From Octopus bimaculoides (lineage: Eukaryota): a stretch of 64,000 nucleotides of DNA. The translations under genes were made by a program, and so were the position numbers. The stretch spans positions 29,167,735 to 29,231,734 of the forward strand of contig NC_068987.1 of NCBI RefSeq assembly GCF_001194135.2. Reading direction: 5' to 3'. How positions within the stretch are numbered: position 1 is the first letter of the stretch; each line of letters opens with the position of its first letter. The notes beneath the pieces were generated by a model. That model saw only the letters and a list, made by a program, of their open reading frames with translations. It was not told the origin of the DNA and did no database searches. Below, piece after piece: positions 1 through 12,777 of this stretch.

Positions 1-41
<41 letters not shown>

Positions 42-771
42 CTGTTATGCTTGTTATCAATTGCAGCTGTAGTATATATTAATCTTTCTAGAATCATTGC
101 TATTTCCGGAAGTCTACGTCCAAGACAAAGATTTTCAAATTCCTTGGTAGACAGAGAGCTTTAAGCAATATTTGGTGGTTTTTGTAATGTTCAACTTCCA
201 TAGAAATTGCTGATATAACTGTATTCCGCAGTTAATAAGACTTCGTTTAGTACTTCTTTCGTAGTTATTTTACACTACTTTCTTTTATTCCGTATACTTT
301 TACAATGTAATCATATCATCTTTCTTAAATTAACAGTTTTCTTTTGCTGTTCTATTCATTTATTCCTCTACTTCCTTCTAATCTCTACTGCTTCAATAAT
401 ATCGTTGTTTTGTATTTGTATAATTTTAGTGAAGATAAAATAAATTCCGAATAGTTACTCTAACGTAATAAATACCACAGACGGACGCAATTTTACCTGC
501 ATCGAATTTTAGTTAATGCATACAATACAATTCTAATCAAAGAAATGTTTAAAACTTAAAACGTATTCCATTCCTCTTAAATGTCGACTTAAAAACATAT
601 GACATCAGAAAAAATTTTTCCCAATCAATTTATATTCATATTATCAATTCGTGTAATTGACTTTGTAAATTATCTCTTCCTTAGAATGCAAAGGATGTTA
701 ATAGCAGTTGATAAACTTGCCTTATTAGAGATAATATCTTCTAATTGTATAAGAGTACATACTCACACATC

Positions 772-807
<36 letters not shown>

Positions 808-2429
808 CTTATACAGTTAAAGAATTATGTGTGTGTGTGTGTGTGTGTGGATATATATATATAAGTATATACATATACATACCTGCATACATACATATAT
901 ATATATATNNNNNNNNNNNNNNNNNNNNNTATATATACATGCCATCATATATTTATATACAATACAGTGTACATTTAAACACATATGAGGTATCCATCAT
1001 GGGATTCCTCGCGCTAGAAAGAAAAGCTAGGTTCCAAAACCACTAATAAGGGATGAAATGTCGCAAAGAATGAAATGAAAATATAAAAACATTTACCATC
1101 TAATTTCCTGGACCAATTGGTTTCTGATTTTAGTTCAGCAAATAAAATAATTTGCTAGGTGATATCGTTTTCAACTGGTACACCTCAGATTAAATATATA
1201 AACACGAGGCAATCAATTATATGCCTCTTGTTTATACATTCTAATTTTTCAAATCTACCGCGCAGGCGCAGCTCTTCGTCGGCAGTGAAAAATGCCAACG
1301 TTGTTTTCACTTCCAGTGGCCTAGAGTGTAAAACTTTAGTCTAAAGACTGTATTACTCATGAAATACAGTGTACATTGTACTATAGTGACGTACAAATAT
1401 TGTAATTCATTTCGTAAGTCTTCTGACTAAAACGAGATCTCTTTTTATCTAATTTTCTTCTCTATATCTCATATCGTGAATTAAACTTTCGTTCATTAGA
1501 TGTTTCCTACGAGAAAATCACTATAGGACTACAGTTCTGGCGGCAAGGACTGACAAGAGAGTGTCTGTTACTGAGGATAAAACTAATATTCAAATTGCTG
1601 TCACTCACAGAATACCAAATATTTGGGGCTGCAGTTTTTCTTTCGCACAACTGAACAAGATATGTATAATAGATTTTCACGCATAGACACACTATAAGAA
1701 AACGAAAAGTTATTGAAATTTTAATGAACTTAGGAATATTAATGGAGCGAATTACCACCTTAAAATTAATTAGTAAATGCAAAACATCTCTAAGAAAAAA
1801 ATTATAGTTAAAAACATTCGTACTGTCTGCACAACATATTGAAAAGAACAGTCGTTCCCTGTAACTTTAAAACTTTTGCTGTCACGGTGGAGGGTAATGA
1901 CATATTACATATCTCCCAGGAGAGTTGGAAAGAAGCGAAACTCTGATATTAAAAGGAGTCAAAAATTAAACCTATCACCCAAGTAAGTTATAATAAAATT
2001 TGAAGCCATAACGCAAATAATGGAAGAAATACAAAAACGAATCACATCCGATTTTTTTTTTTGCAGCTTCTCCAAACGTCCTTCTTGGGATGTAATAAAT
2101 TTTATCTACATCACAAGATCATGTGTGTTGCTAAGTATATTACACACACCCACACACGCACACACACACACATACACACACACACACATATACACACACA
2201 TACATATATATATATATAAATATATATGTATATATATATATATATATATATNNNNNNNNNNNNNNNNNNNNNNNNNNNNNNNNNNNNNNNNNNNNNNNNN
2301 NNNNNNNNNNNNNNNNNNNNNNNNNNNNNNNNNNNNNNNNNNNNNNNNNNNNNNNNNNNNNNNNNNNNNNNNNNNNNNNNNNNNNNNNNNNNNNNNNNNN
2401 NNNNNNNNNNNNNNNNNNNNNNNNNNNNN

Positions 2430-2476
<47 letters not shown>

Positions 2477-2837
2477 AATGCATATTATATATATACCATA
2501 GTTATCTTGTTTTAAGTAGTATTCCAAATTCGCAGCAAAATTTTCGAATACCTAATTTAGTAGACTTTAATTCGGTAGCTATAATGACATACTAGTGATC
2601 TGTCAAGGAGGACCTCAGGTTCCACAGCATTCAAGATATATTATTATAGATAATATACAAGAATAAACCTAAAAATTGAAACAATGCTTGCAGGTGTCTT
2701 ACGTCACCACCAGCTGTATTTACATATCTATGTGGGTGTGTGTATTTATGTATGTATACATAAATGTTAGTATATGTAGATATAATATATAAGTATAAAT
2801 ACATATACACACGCGCGAACACACACACGCACATATA

Positions 2838-2881
<44 letters not shown>

Positions 2882-3372
2882 GGTAGATGTGAGAGTGCGT
2901 GTGTTAGGGGTGAATTTGTGTGTGCGTGTGTATTTTACTATACATTTGTATAACATACACTCGGAGATACATGGGCGTTTACAAGTACAAACACACATGC
3001 ATATACAATATATACACGTGGGATGTATGGGAGAGCGCGTGCGCATGTCTGTGTAATGCTATAATGAATGCTTCAAGTTTCGTGAAACACAGTTTTCCTG
3101 GGTTTCTTGAAAAAAACACTAACTTATTTCGCCATTTGTCAAGCAGAGAGCAAGACCGTTCGTCAGTTGCTTCTAAACCAGATGATATTTGAACAGCGAA
3201 AACTTATAAGGAAGAAGACAAAAGAAACACCTAAGAGGTAACCAACGTGAAAATAAGCAAATGCGTAAAGAAGATACTGACAGTTTAAGATATGCCCGGT
3301 GACCTATTTTCAAATTCCGCCAAGTTGTATACCGCGGATGCACACGTAACGAAAAATCTAAATGTCTTCTAG

Positions 3373-3469
3373 ATCAGAAATGCAAAGCAGAGGTATCAGC
3401 TATGAAGCACAGATATCAGTAAACTATGACATCGGTGGATCAGAAATCAAGTGTCATATTAGAGTCGTG
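3373..3469 (+). CDS. Candidate coding exon, unknown product (SEMQSRGISYEAQISVNYDIGGSEIKCHIRVV)
   Basis: Acceptor tgtcttctag and donor GTG|gtaaga flank a 97-nt segment with a single open frame. It is phase-compatible with an upstream segment ending AAGAG|gtaacc at 3237. No homology recognised. Confidence 0.3.
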
Positions 3470-4308
3470 GTAAGAAATGTTAAATCTTGATGTAACAACC
3501 ATCTTTCGACTTTTAGGCACTATGATAAGAGACATTCAACTACCCTTTGAGCTTGAATCAGTAAACTTAAAAACGAAGTAAGGAACTACAACATCAAATG
3601 GAACGTCCTTTCCAAAACCAAACTCTATGTTCAATAAGATGTCCAATATATTTTCTGGAAAAACAATGTTTTAAAGAACATGAGAGCCTCCAACGACAAC
3701 GTAAATTCCAGGAATGATGTTTATCTTTATGTAAACATTTTGAGAAATACATATTGGTGGAATGTAAAAGTATGCCAACGGACACTTCAAAACCCACAAA
3801 TATCTTGTTTACGCCTTTTCACACTCGTTTATTTTAACGTTGGTTATCTCCTCTGTGCTTTTCAGTACAACATTATCTTAGTTCTCTAAGCTGATCGAGT
3901 GCTTTTCTATATGCTGAAGCTTTACAACGCTATATACACCCACACACACGCACATGTACACAGACACACAGACACACACACAGTTGGCCAAACAAATTTC
4001 TGTCTCTAGATGCTAGGAAACCGACAGCTATTGTAAAAATAGACACTACGTGTTACATTACCTGACTGAACCGGAAATCGCATTGCTCTCTAAACGATTG
4101 CTTTAAACATAGCTATAGCTGCTACATGTTGACATTAATTCAGCTGTAGGGATATCTTGTTAATCTTACTGCGATGTTTTACATTTAAACTAACTGGAAT
4201 GTTGACAATCTTCAATTACAAAACCTCATCGTTTTCTGCAAAATCTGACATAACCATATTTATTTCTAATAGTAAATACATTGTAACATATGAGTTTTGT
4301 TGCTCCAG

Positions 4309-4585
4309 AAGCTTTAAAAATGAAGCTCTTAAATCCTTATGTAACCTGTATTGAACTACATAGAGGCAAAATAGTCTTTCAGATTGAATGTGATGATGCA
4401 CACTGCAGATGTTTCACTGTAAGTTTGGGGAGATAATTTAGGGAAAACTACCTTATTTGCGGTTTGAAATAGGTGCTTTTATGTCTCTTGACAGACCAGT
4501 GTATGTTCCAATGAATATGAAAGGCCGTGGAATGGTAGCTACGTAGTAAACCAGACTAGCCTTTCCTGGATATTCACATTACTGT
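4309..4585 (+). CDS. Candidate exon pair (about 4309 or 4383-4418, and 4495-4585), Cys-containing, unknown product
   Basis: ttttgttgctccag or gtctttcag acceptor; open frame ALKMKLLNPYVTCIELHRGKIVFQIECDDAHCRCFT; donor ACT|gtaagt; 76-nt intron; acceptor atgtctcttgacag; in-phase frame TSVCSNEYERPWNGSYVVNQTSLSWIFTLL. No homology recognised. Confidence 0.25.
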
Positions 4586-6228
4586 GTATGTTATGTATTT
4601 ATCATAGAGCATGTGCATACGAAAGCTACATTTTGGAAGTCCTATTCAATGGATGTTAATATCTCTGTTGATTAAAAATCTTATTACATTCAGTATCGCC
4701 TCCTTCCCGACTAACTTGAAATCTTACGAAAGATTATGTCGCTTTTCATCTTTTCACTAAGACCAATAATATAAATACTAGTATTGTACACTGCTCCATT
4801 CAATATAACCTCCTTTATACATTTATAACCTTGTACCAAGTAAGATATTTATAGTTATTCGAGAAATTAAGACAAATGTAGGCAGTTACTTGTTAGCTAT
4901 TTATTCGTCTTCTACAGAATATATTGTCATTTAAAAACCGACATCTAAAAATAAGAGAATATTGTAGCAGTATAAAACAAAGTTTACAAGTAACAAACAA
5001 GATAAATACAATACCAATGCTAAAGTGAATATCAAATCTATAATACAAAGCATTAGTCGAGAGTAGAAAGTGCTTAAAATTTCACATAGAATTTCAGTTG
5101 ACATTTATTTTATTCCGAATGAATTATATCAACATGCAACATTCATGCAATGGAAAACTCCAAAATGAAAGCGAATTAATGGTGAACACACGGTAGCCAT
5201 TTATGAATATGCTAGCATAATCTTCATAAGCAAATGTTGTTCGCGCTGACATGCATGATACATAACTTTCAATGCGAGAAGAGAGATGAATATAAGCACG
5301 ATTGCCTGAAAATGTGATTGAAAGAAAATGCTACTTTGTATTCTAAACCATAGCTGCAGAAAAAGCCATTTCATGCACGAATTAATATGGGATATACAAT
5401 GTATGCTAAGTTTAGTTTCTGACATCACTAGTAAATGTGAACTTGTATTTAATGGGCCGAGAACTTCGAACGTATATCATTGCAAATGTTATGCAGTTGT
5501 GATCCTCTGCACCAGCGAGAGCTATAATAAAGATTCGAGTAAGATTGTGACTGTAGAAAACCATTGCTAGCATGTGTGTGTGTTTCTCTATCACAGTCAG
5601 AGTGGGAGATCTACAGAGAGACATAAAAACAATCAGACAGACAGAGATAAAGAGAGAAAGAGGGAAAGGGCTAGAGGGAGTGTGCTTGTTAACTATTTGA
5701 GTCATAGGAAAACGACTCAAAGAGCATGAAGACGTTAATATGATAAATGGGTGAGCTTGAAGCTATTTAGTACAGATATAATTACTGTGGAACATCTAAA
5801 TTGGTCCCGGCTTGGAGTCCCATTGACTTACATTTCTTATCCATTTTGATATTTTATTATATGTTCCCAATATATTCAAATGTTACCCTTTGTACGTCAT
5901 TCAATTCTGGATTAGTAGCAAACATTAAATTTAAAACCATAGTTCTTATAGAACCCATAATATTATTTCTTTTGCATTGTATTCACAGAGACACACGCAT
6001 ATGTTGTTAACTTATTAAATGCACTGAGCAGTATTGCTGATATGATTGTAACTGGATTTACATGCGTACATATTATAAGCATAAAGTTAGTCTTACTGGG
6101 AAAAAGAGTCCATATGTTTAAATTTCAAGGATCTCTGAAGAAAGGACTAAATATGAGACAAGCCCATTTTCACTCATAGTTAACCAGCTTATCATAATAT
6201 CTTGTAGTATAAGTCTACTTTACAATGT

Positions 6229-6328
<100 letters not shown>

Positions 6329-6439
6329 ATGTATGTAATATTTGTTAACAAACCACAAAGGCTTTGTAAGTTACGGAGTGAGAACTACTATGGAAGACTC
6401 ATAGTATAATAGCTGTACAATAATATATAGTTATTATGA

Positions 6440-7172
6440 GGCAATTCACTCTGCCAGAAAGTTGGTACTGACATGATGTATTGCTTGGCATTCGCGTTGG
6501 AAGCTCCAATACGAACACTTCAGAGTGTCTGGTTGTCAATCTGAGGACAGTGCAATCTGAGTATACTTACCGAGAGTGTTAAAAATCAAACATCCACTCA
6601 ACATCATGCTGTTGAGATAGATCACTACTGATGACGCCTTTCTGCCTCCAATAATCTTCTCACACGGCATCAGAGTCATCATGGAGGACAACATCATGTG
6701 CCTGGAGGAGGTAGTGCTAACCTGGATCAAGAGTGTGGCTGCAAAAAGTCCCTATGTCCGGCAACAGGATTCCGCAGCACGCAGAACCAAGTCATGTCTG
6801 TCCGACAATTTCTGCGACCACATCACTCCTATCATCTAGCCACATAACACCTCAGACTGCAAACCCCTTCATTATTATGTGTGGGACGCAGTTGATGGAG
6901 AGACCAACAAAACTCCTTGTAACACAAAAGATGAAAGATTATGGTAGCATTCACCACCTTAAACAAAGGGACCGTCCACAAAAGTTGCCGGAGATTCCGT
7001 AATTGTCTGTAGGCCGAGGCTGAAGCCAATGGCAATTTTCCTGAATAAATCTCCTCTTCAGTATCTCAAGATATTTTTATATAATATAATTTTGGTAAAT
7101 ATATCTGTTAAGATGAAATGTCAGTGTTATTTTGATTTTTACGTAATTTTGACGACAGTTTATTCACCGCAC
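6440..7172 (+). mobile_element. Decayed Tc1/mariner transposon, DD37D (maT)-like transposase remnant
   Basis: Conceptual translation across stops and frameshifts: PPIIFSHG..CLEEVVLTWIKSVAAKSPYVRQQDSA..CLSDNFCDHITP..SDCKPLHYYVWDAVDGETNKTPCNTKDE..CRRFRNCL*AEAEANGNFPE. These are degenerate QQD and WPPxSPDxNPLDY motifs and a typical C-terminus. The DD37D assignment is inferred, because the third D is mutated and the spacer has deletions. Confidence 0.75.
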
Positions 7173-7175
7173 CTG

Positions 7176-7210
<35 letters not shown>

Positions 7211-7839
7211 TATGTGTGTGTGTGTGTGTATGTGTGTGTGTGTATCGGGCGTTCTTCCTACAGGTAAGACGAAATATTTTAATGTTCACTGTCCGTACAC
7301 ATTTTTCACTGTATACATTCAGTGAAGCTTTACATAGAGTCGTACGGTTATCGACTGCTATTTCCAGCAAACTTTGATGCCGTATTGTGCCACTATATTA
7401 TATTTACAATTCTACCGTTGCTGTGCTTTATTTAGCTGGAAAATAATACTATTGTATTGTAATTATATTTACAATTAATATATATATATTGTTGTGTCTG
7501 GGGAGAGTCATTCTCTTTTAAAGTACCTTATTATTTAACACAGTGACCGGTAAGGTTTCCATTCATTTACGTATTTATTTTTCCTAAAATTTTTGTTGCA
7601 TCTTACAACTTTTTCAATAATCCGTTATCAGAGCTGCATCTGTATATGTATTTGTTTACATTCATATCTATTTATCTGCATAGATATGTATATACATGTA
7701 CGTATACATGTACATACACACAAATACACATGCACACACATACATACATCAACATTACAGCCCACTAGCTATTCTACCTGTTTATATATCGAAACTGTGG
7801 ATATAGGTGTATGATTACCTACTACGTATATTTCCTATT

Positions 7840-8470
7840 TAGTGCTGGGGATGTTTCATTTATGAGTTTATACTCCTGTATTTGTCTGAGTGTTGTGTCC
7901 TTTGGGTGCTTGGATAAAATGCGGATGTCAAGTTGACCCAGTTTGCCTCCATATTGGTCTTTGGCATGTTGGTAGAGTATGGAGGACTTTTGTCGTCATA
8001 TTGTCTCAAATGTTCATTTAGTCTTTCTGCAATGCTCCGAGATGTCTCTCCTTGTATGTCATGTTCTATCTGTACAAGCACCTTCTATGCACCTTATGAT
8101 GAAGACTAGATTTTTAATTATACAGTTAATGCCAGGGTTAATCCTACATACTATACAGATATCATTGGTGCATATGGTAATCTCAAATAGTTATGATCTG
8201 ATGGAGTTCCCTGGATTTTTAACGATCTAAATGTTGATTTTGGTCTGTTTCAGAGCTATCCTAAATCTACGGCATAGTTCTCCATGAGCTGTGGCGTCTA
8301 CAAACGTTACTTCTTGATATTTGTCGGTTTTGTATAAATCCTGTGTTATTGCATTGTTCGCAGTGGCAATAGACAGAAGAAATGAGCATTTACTGCCGTC
8401 TGAATATGAATCAGTGTTACTTCTCTTTCTTTGTGGATTCTTGATGTGCCAATACACTACATTCTGATAA
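7840..8470 (-). mobile_element. Penelope-like element 3' fragment (GIY-YIG endonuclease), degenerate
   Basis: ORF 7860-8081 contains GETSRSIAERLNEHLRQYDDK, the second half of a GIY-YIG motif. Adjacent ORF 8227-8457 resembles the PLE linker (FVDATAHGELCRRFRIALKQTKINI). It aligns clearly with the copy at 58.0-58.7 kb. Confidence 0.8.
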
Positions 8471-9019
8471 AAGACTAAAAGAATGGTCCATCCATTGCAT
8501 TCAAGTGTCTGCTGATTGATTGGGATGGCAAATGTAGCAGTGTAATTTTAACGTCTTCGAACACGATGTGCCTTGCCTGTGCAGCAATATAAAATGCGCG
8601 GCAAAGATTGCAGACTATGCAGTTCAAGATTTTGGAAGAGGTTCAGCAAATATTTTGGGATATATTCGTATTAGAACTGAAAACCGTTGATGTTAATTGT
8701 GCTGTCGATGTAAAGACAGGTGTTCCATCATTGGTGAGCGCATTTAAAAGAGCTAGAAGTTCTATGATTGCTCATATAGTAATGTGAATTTGCCGATAAG
8801 CTAAGACTATAATGTTATCCGATTACCGATCAGTAATCAATGATCATGCCACCAATCATTATTTGCTGAGTGAATTGGGTAAACCATGACAGGAAAACAA
8901 AACTATGGATCGCAGCATATCCAATTACTGATTGATAATTGGATAACTTCGTATACATGTTTTCCTGGGAAATTCTTAATATTATATGTTAGTTTTCCAT
9001 CATTGTATACTGCACTGGT

Positions 9020-9290
9020 ACTCCGTCTGTAACAACGACAAAGGTTCCAGTTGATCCGATTAACGTCCATGTGATTGAACTCTCCACAGACACGTGTACC
9101 CTTAACGTAGTTCTGATGGAGATTCAGCGTGATACATTGTCATAAGGCTGGACCTTTGGAATCCAGGTACGACTCATATTTGCCAGCTGAGCAACGAGAA
9201 ATAAAGAGTCCTGTTCATGGACGCAACGCGTCTATTGAAATTGAACTCACGACCTTACGATCGGGAGCGCAATACCCTAACGACTAAACC
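9020..9290 (-). mobile_element. tRNA-type SINE (family C variant)
   Basis: The minus strand starts ggtttagtcgttagggtattgcgctcccgatcgtaaggtcgtgagttcaattt (A/B-box-like). Its 3' half matches 31270-31440 and 43854-43985 (gtacccttaacgtagttct..gattcagcgtga..aggttccagttgatccgat). Confidence 0.7.
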
Positions 9291-9314
9291 CCAAATATAT
9301 ATGTATGTATGCAC

Positions 9315-9354
<40 letters not shown>

Positions 9355-9434
9355 ACATACACACACAAACATGCACACACAAGTATGTACATATTACACA
9401 GCATATACGCGTTCTTGTTCTACTCAAAGCGTTT

Positions 9435-9660
9435 ATGTAGTGGGTAGGGTATTCGGCACGCGATCATAAGGTCGTGATTCAATTCCCGATCGCACGTTTT
9501 GTTCTTAATTTATTTCACGTTGCTGCACTCAGGTGGCAAAAATGAATAGCACATAAATTGAGAAGAGCGGGCATTGTGCGACATTCTACCATGTTGAATC
9601 TCCCGCGTAACTACATGAAGTATATGCGTGTCTGTTCATTCCGCGAAGTAGTGTCGATTC
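9435..9660 (+). mobile_element. tRNA-type SINE (family C variant), head-to-head with the 9020-9290 copy
   Basis: tagtgggtagggtattcggcacgcgatcataaggtcgtgattcaattccc is homologous to the head of the 9020-9290 copy in the opposite orientation. Confidence 0.6.
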
Positions 9661-10055
9661 ATACAGCTGGGTTTAAAGGGTAGAAGTAAATATAATCACT
9701 CAAATATGATGTGCAACTTTATCAGTCAAGAAGACAAAGACGCAAATAATTCACGAAATCACACTTCGGTGAAAAACCAACGGAAATACGAAGCCAAATG
9801 AGAACAATGGATATATGTGTTAATTGAAAATAAATATAAAAATTTAAAAAAATACAATGTAATCTAATGTTTCGTGTTATGCCCTATATCAAAGAAAAGA
9901 AGCAAAATAAGATAAATATGCGAGAAACATAAAGGAACCGTACATAATTTAAATCTGGTGATTAAATGACTACCTTATCGTAATGAGAGGTTCAGTTACA
10001 TGTGTAATATTTGTGTTTCTTTTCTAGCGTTTCCTTACTCGTTTCGTTTGACCGG

Positions 10056-10096
<41 letters not shown>

Positions 10097-10165
10097 CGTT
10101 GTATGCTTATATAAATGCATATATTTATATATGCAGAACTATGTGTGTGTATGTTTGTATGTATG

Positions 10166-10196
<31 letters not shown>

Positions 10197-12182
10197 ATGT
10201 GTAAATATATTTGCGAATATACATGTAAATAGTAAATACATGTATATGGATATATGTCATCAATGGCATTCTAATGGTGATCATCAACAGTTTGGCCTAC
10301 CACAAACCACAATGCCCTCGGTGTATTTCTTTACTTAAGATCAAAGACTCTGATTTTATATAGAAGCGTTTCTTATTTTTAGCATCATTGCTGGCTGCAT
10401 ATAATTTTCCTCCTTATCTAATTTCAATATCCTATTTTCAACTATGTGCAAATAAAATTTTCTTTTCGACTAAGTACAACCTGCAGATCTAACGCTAATC
10501 AGGATTAGATATTGTGGCGTTCATTCCTTTCCCAAGAGTATTAAATGCGTAAATGATGTGAATGAGATTTAATTAAAAATAAGTCCATGTAATTACATCA
10601 AAGTTTTTCTAAGAGATATTCGACAATGAATGTTGTTTATACTTCTTTCATGTACATATCAAAGACACAGATAATTTAATTAGAATATTAATGCTATATT
10701 CCCCAGTATATTTATATATTATTCCAACGTAAGCTGCTATATTAATAGTGCTATTATTATTTAGCCGCAGGTCAACTTCGATTGAGTTGTTTTGTGATCA
10801 AAGGCGTTGTAGCTATGACCATACTGGCGCTTTAACAATACTTATGACTAGATTATGCAATGTATCCTTCCTTTTTAAGTTGATAAAATCTTCTTTGAGA
10901 ACGATTTAGCTGTTATATCTTCGGCGACAGAGTAGGTGCAATTTCCTCTCTGTGACAAACTAACTTTGCTGCAGTCAGTAAATAATTAATTCTAGAATAT
11001 ATAAATTAGGGAAATGAGAAGGAAAATAAGGAAACGTGAATTTTGAACTTTTCCCAGAGCCCTTACAGCGTCAAAGAATTGAACTATGAAATCGAATTTA
11101 CCGGAAAGCAATGGCAGCAATAATAAACTATAATAAACTATGGCAAAAGTTCACTATATCTACAGAAAGGCAACAACTGTTGTACCAGTAGTATTAAGCC
11201 ATCACTTGAAACCATCTTTAAAAAGACAGATGAGTTGACAATAGTAAAACACAAGATCCTTTAGAATAAGATAATGAATCTAACAGCATAGGCACATTGA
11301 TTTGGATTCCTTTTGTTCAAAAGCGGCTGTAGCTGAAATGAGCATGATTTCTTGTATCATACAGTAATGGAATAGAGAAATTGCAAAACTGTCACGTAAT
11401 GGTGTTTGTAACGTTCTCGCTTACAAATTAATTCCCATTAGGGCAAAGTAATCTTCCAACGCTAATGTCAGATTCAAATAAACGTTTTTAAAATATAATT
11501 GGATTTTCCCTGAATTTTTTTATTCTTTTTCTTTTCTTTTTCTTTTGTTGCCAGTAAGTTACTTAAGCAGAAATAAGACGAATACGGTTCTGCGATGACT
11601 TTATCGTTATCAACTACCCAATAAAACCAGATAAAGAATGTTACAGCTACTGATATGTACCAAAGTATTAAGTATTTCTTAATTATATCAACATAGTGAT
11701 TTGAGTGGCTTCCGATTATATATAAGGATATTTATTTATTTATTCATTTCACTTCTGTGGTCTTGGGTACATATCAGTATGCTGCATATTATATAGGAAG
11801 ATATTCACAACATGACAAAAGCTATTACAGAACAAATAATGTAAACTTCACAAAAAATTTCCTTAACACGTTGGGAGAAAGAAGGATGATTTATAAAATT
11901 TAGCATAATTTCGGTATGAAAGCATGTTAAAACTATTTCATACATATATGTTTTCAAATACACAAACACAAGTTGTGTTTTAGAAAGTCTTTTCTGTTCT
12001 GTGAACTCTTTGATTTTTTCTGTCTTTGCTGCAGTATTAGTGCAAAATAATAACTGAGATTAAACAGAACATATCTGTAAGCATCTACATAGTTCTATAA
12101 CTGCCTAGAGGTATATTACTTTTCAACTATAAAAATGATATTAAAACACAGAATCCAAATAGTGATGTTAATCTATGTATAC

Positions 12183-12228
<46 letters not shown>

Positions 12229-12729
12229 AGACATAAACACACTCGCACATGTGTATGTATGTATATAATAATGCTAGAAAAAAATTAAAATGAAGGGAAG
12301 AATGGCGAATTCAACTGGAAATATCAAAAGATATAGAAGGGTTTTGTTTTTCTATCAACATATGTACAAACATCTGTGCATACTCTCCAACGTCAATACG
12401 ATGGAATATATTTTTGTAATACTTGCACTTTACACAACACAATGTTCATTATTCGTCTTCATTCTGTGTCATTTTGACTTTAACACAGCGAATCATAGAA
12501 CGTATTACGATTGCTTTACTTGAGTATTCTATGTATACTCGTTTACTTATTGACTTTCGGTATTTTCTCACATTAAATATTACCACATTTAAAGTGATTG
12601 AATTTACCTTTTCTATCAGACATTCGTATATGTTTTAGAAAGATAATTACCAAATGTGTAGTCAAAGTATACGACTATATGCTTGTAAAGATTTTTATCA
12701 TAATTATTTTTTTAGTCATCTCCTTTGTC

Positions 12730-12777
<48 letters not shown>

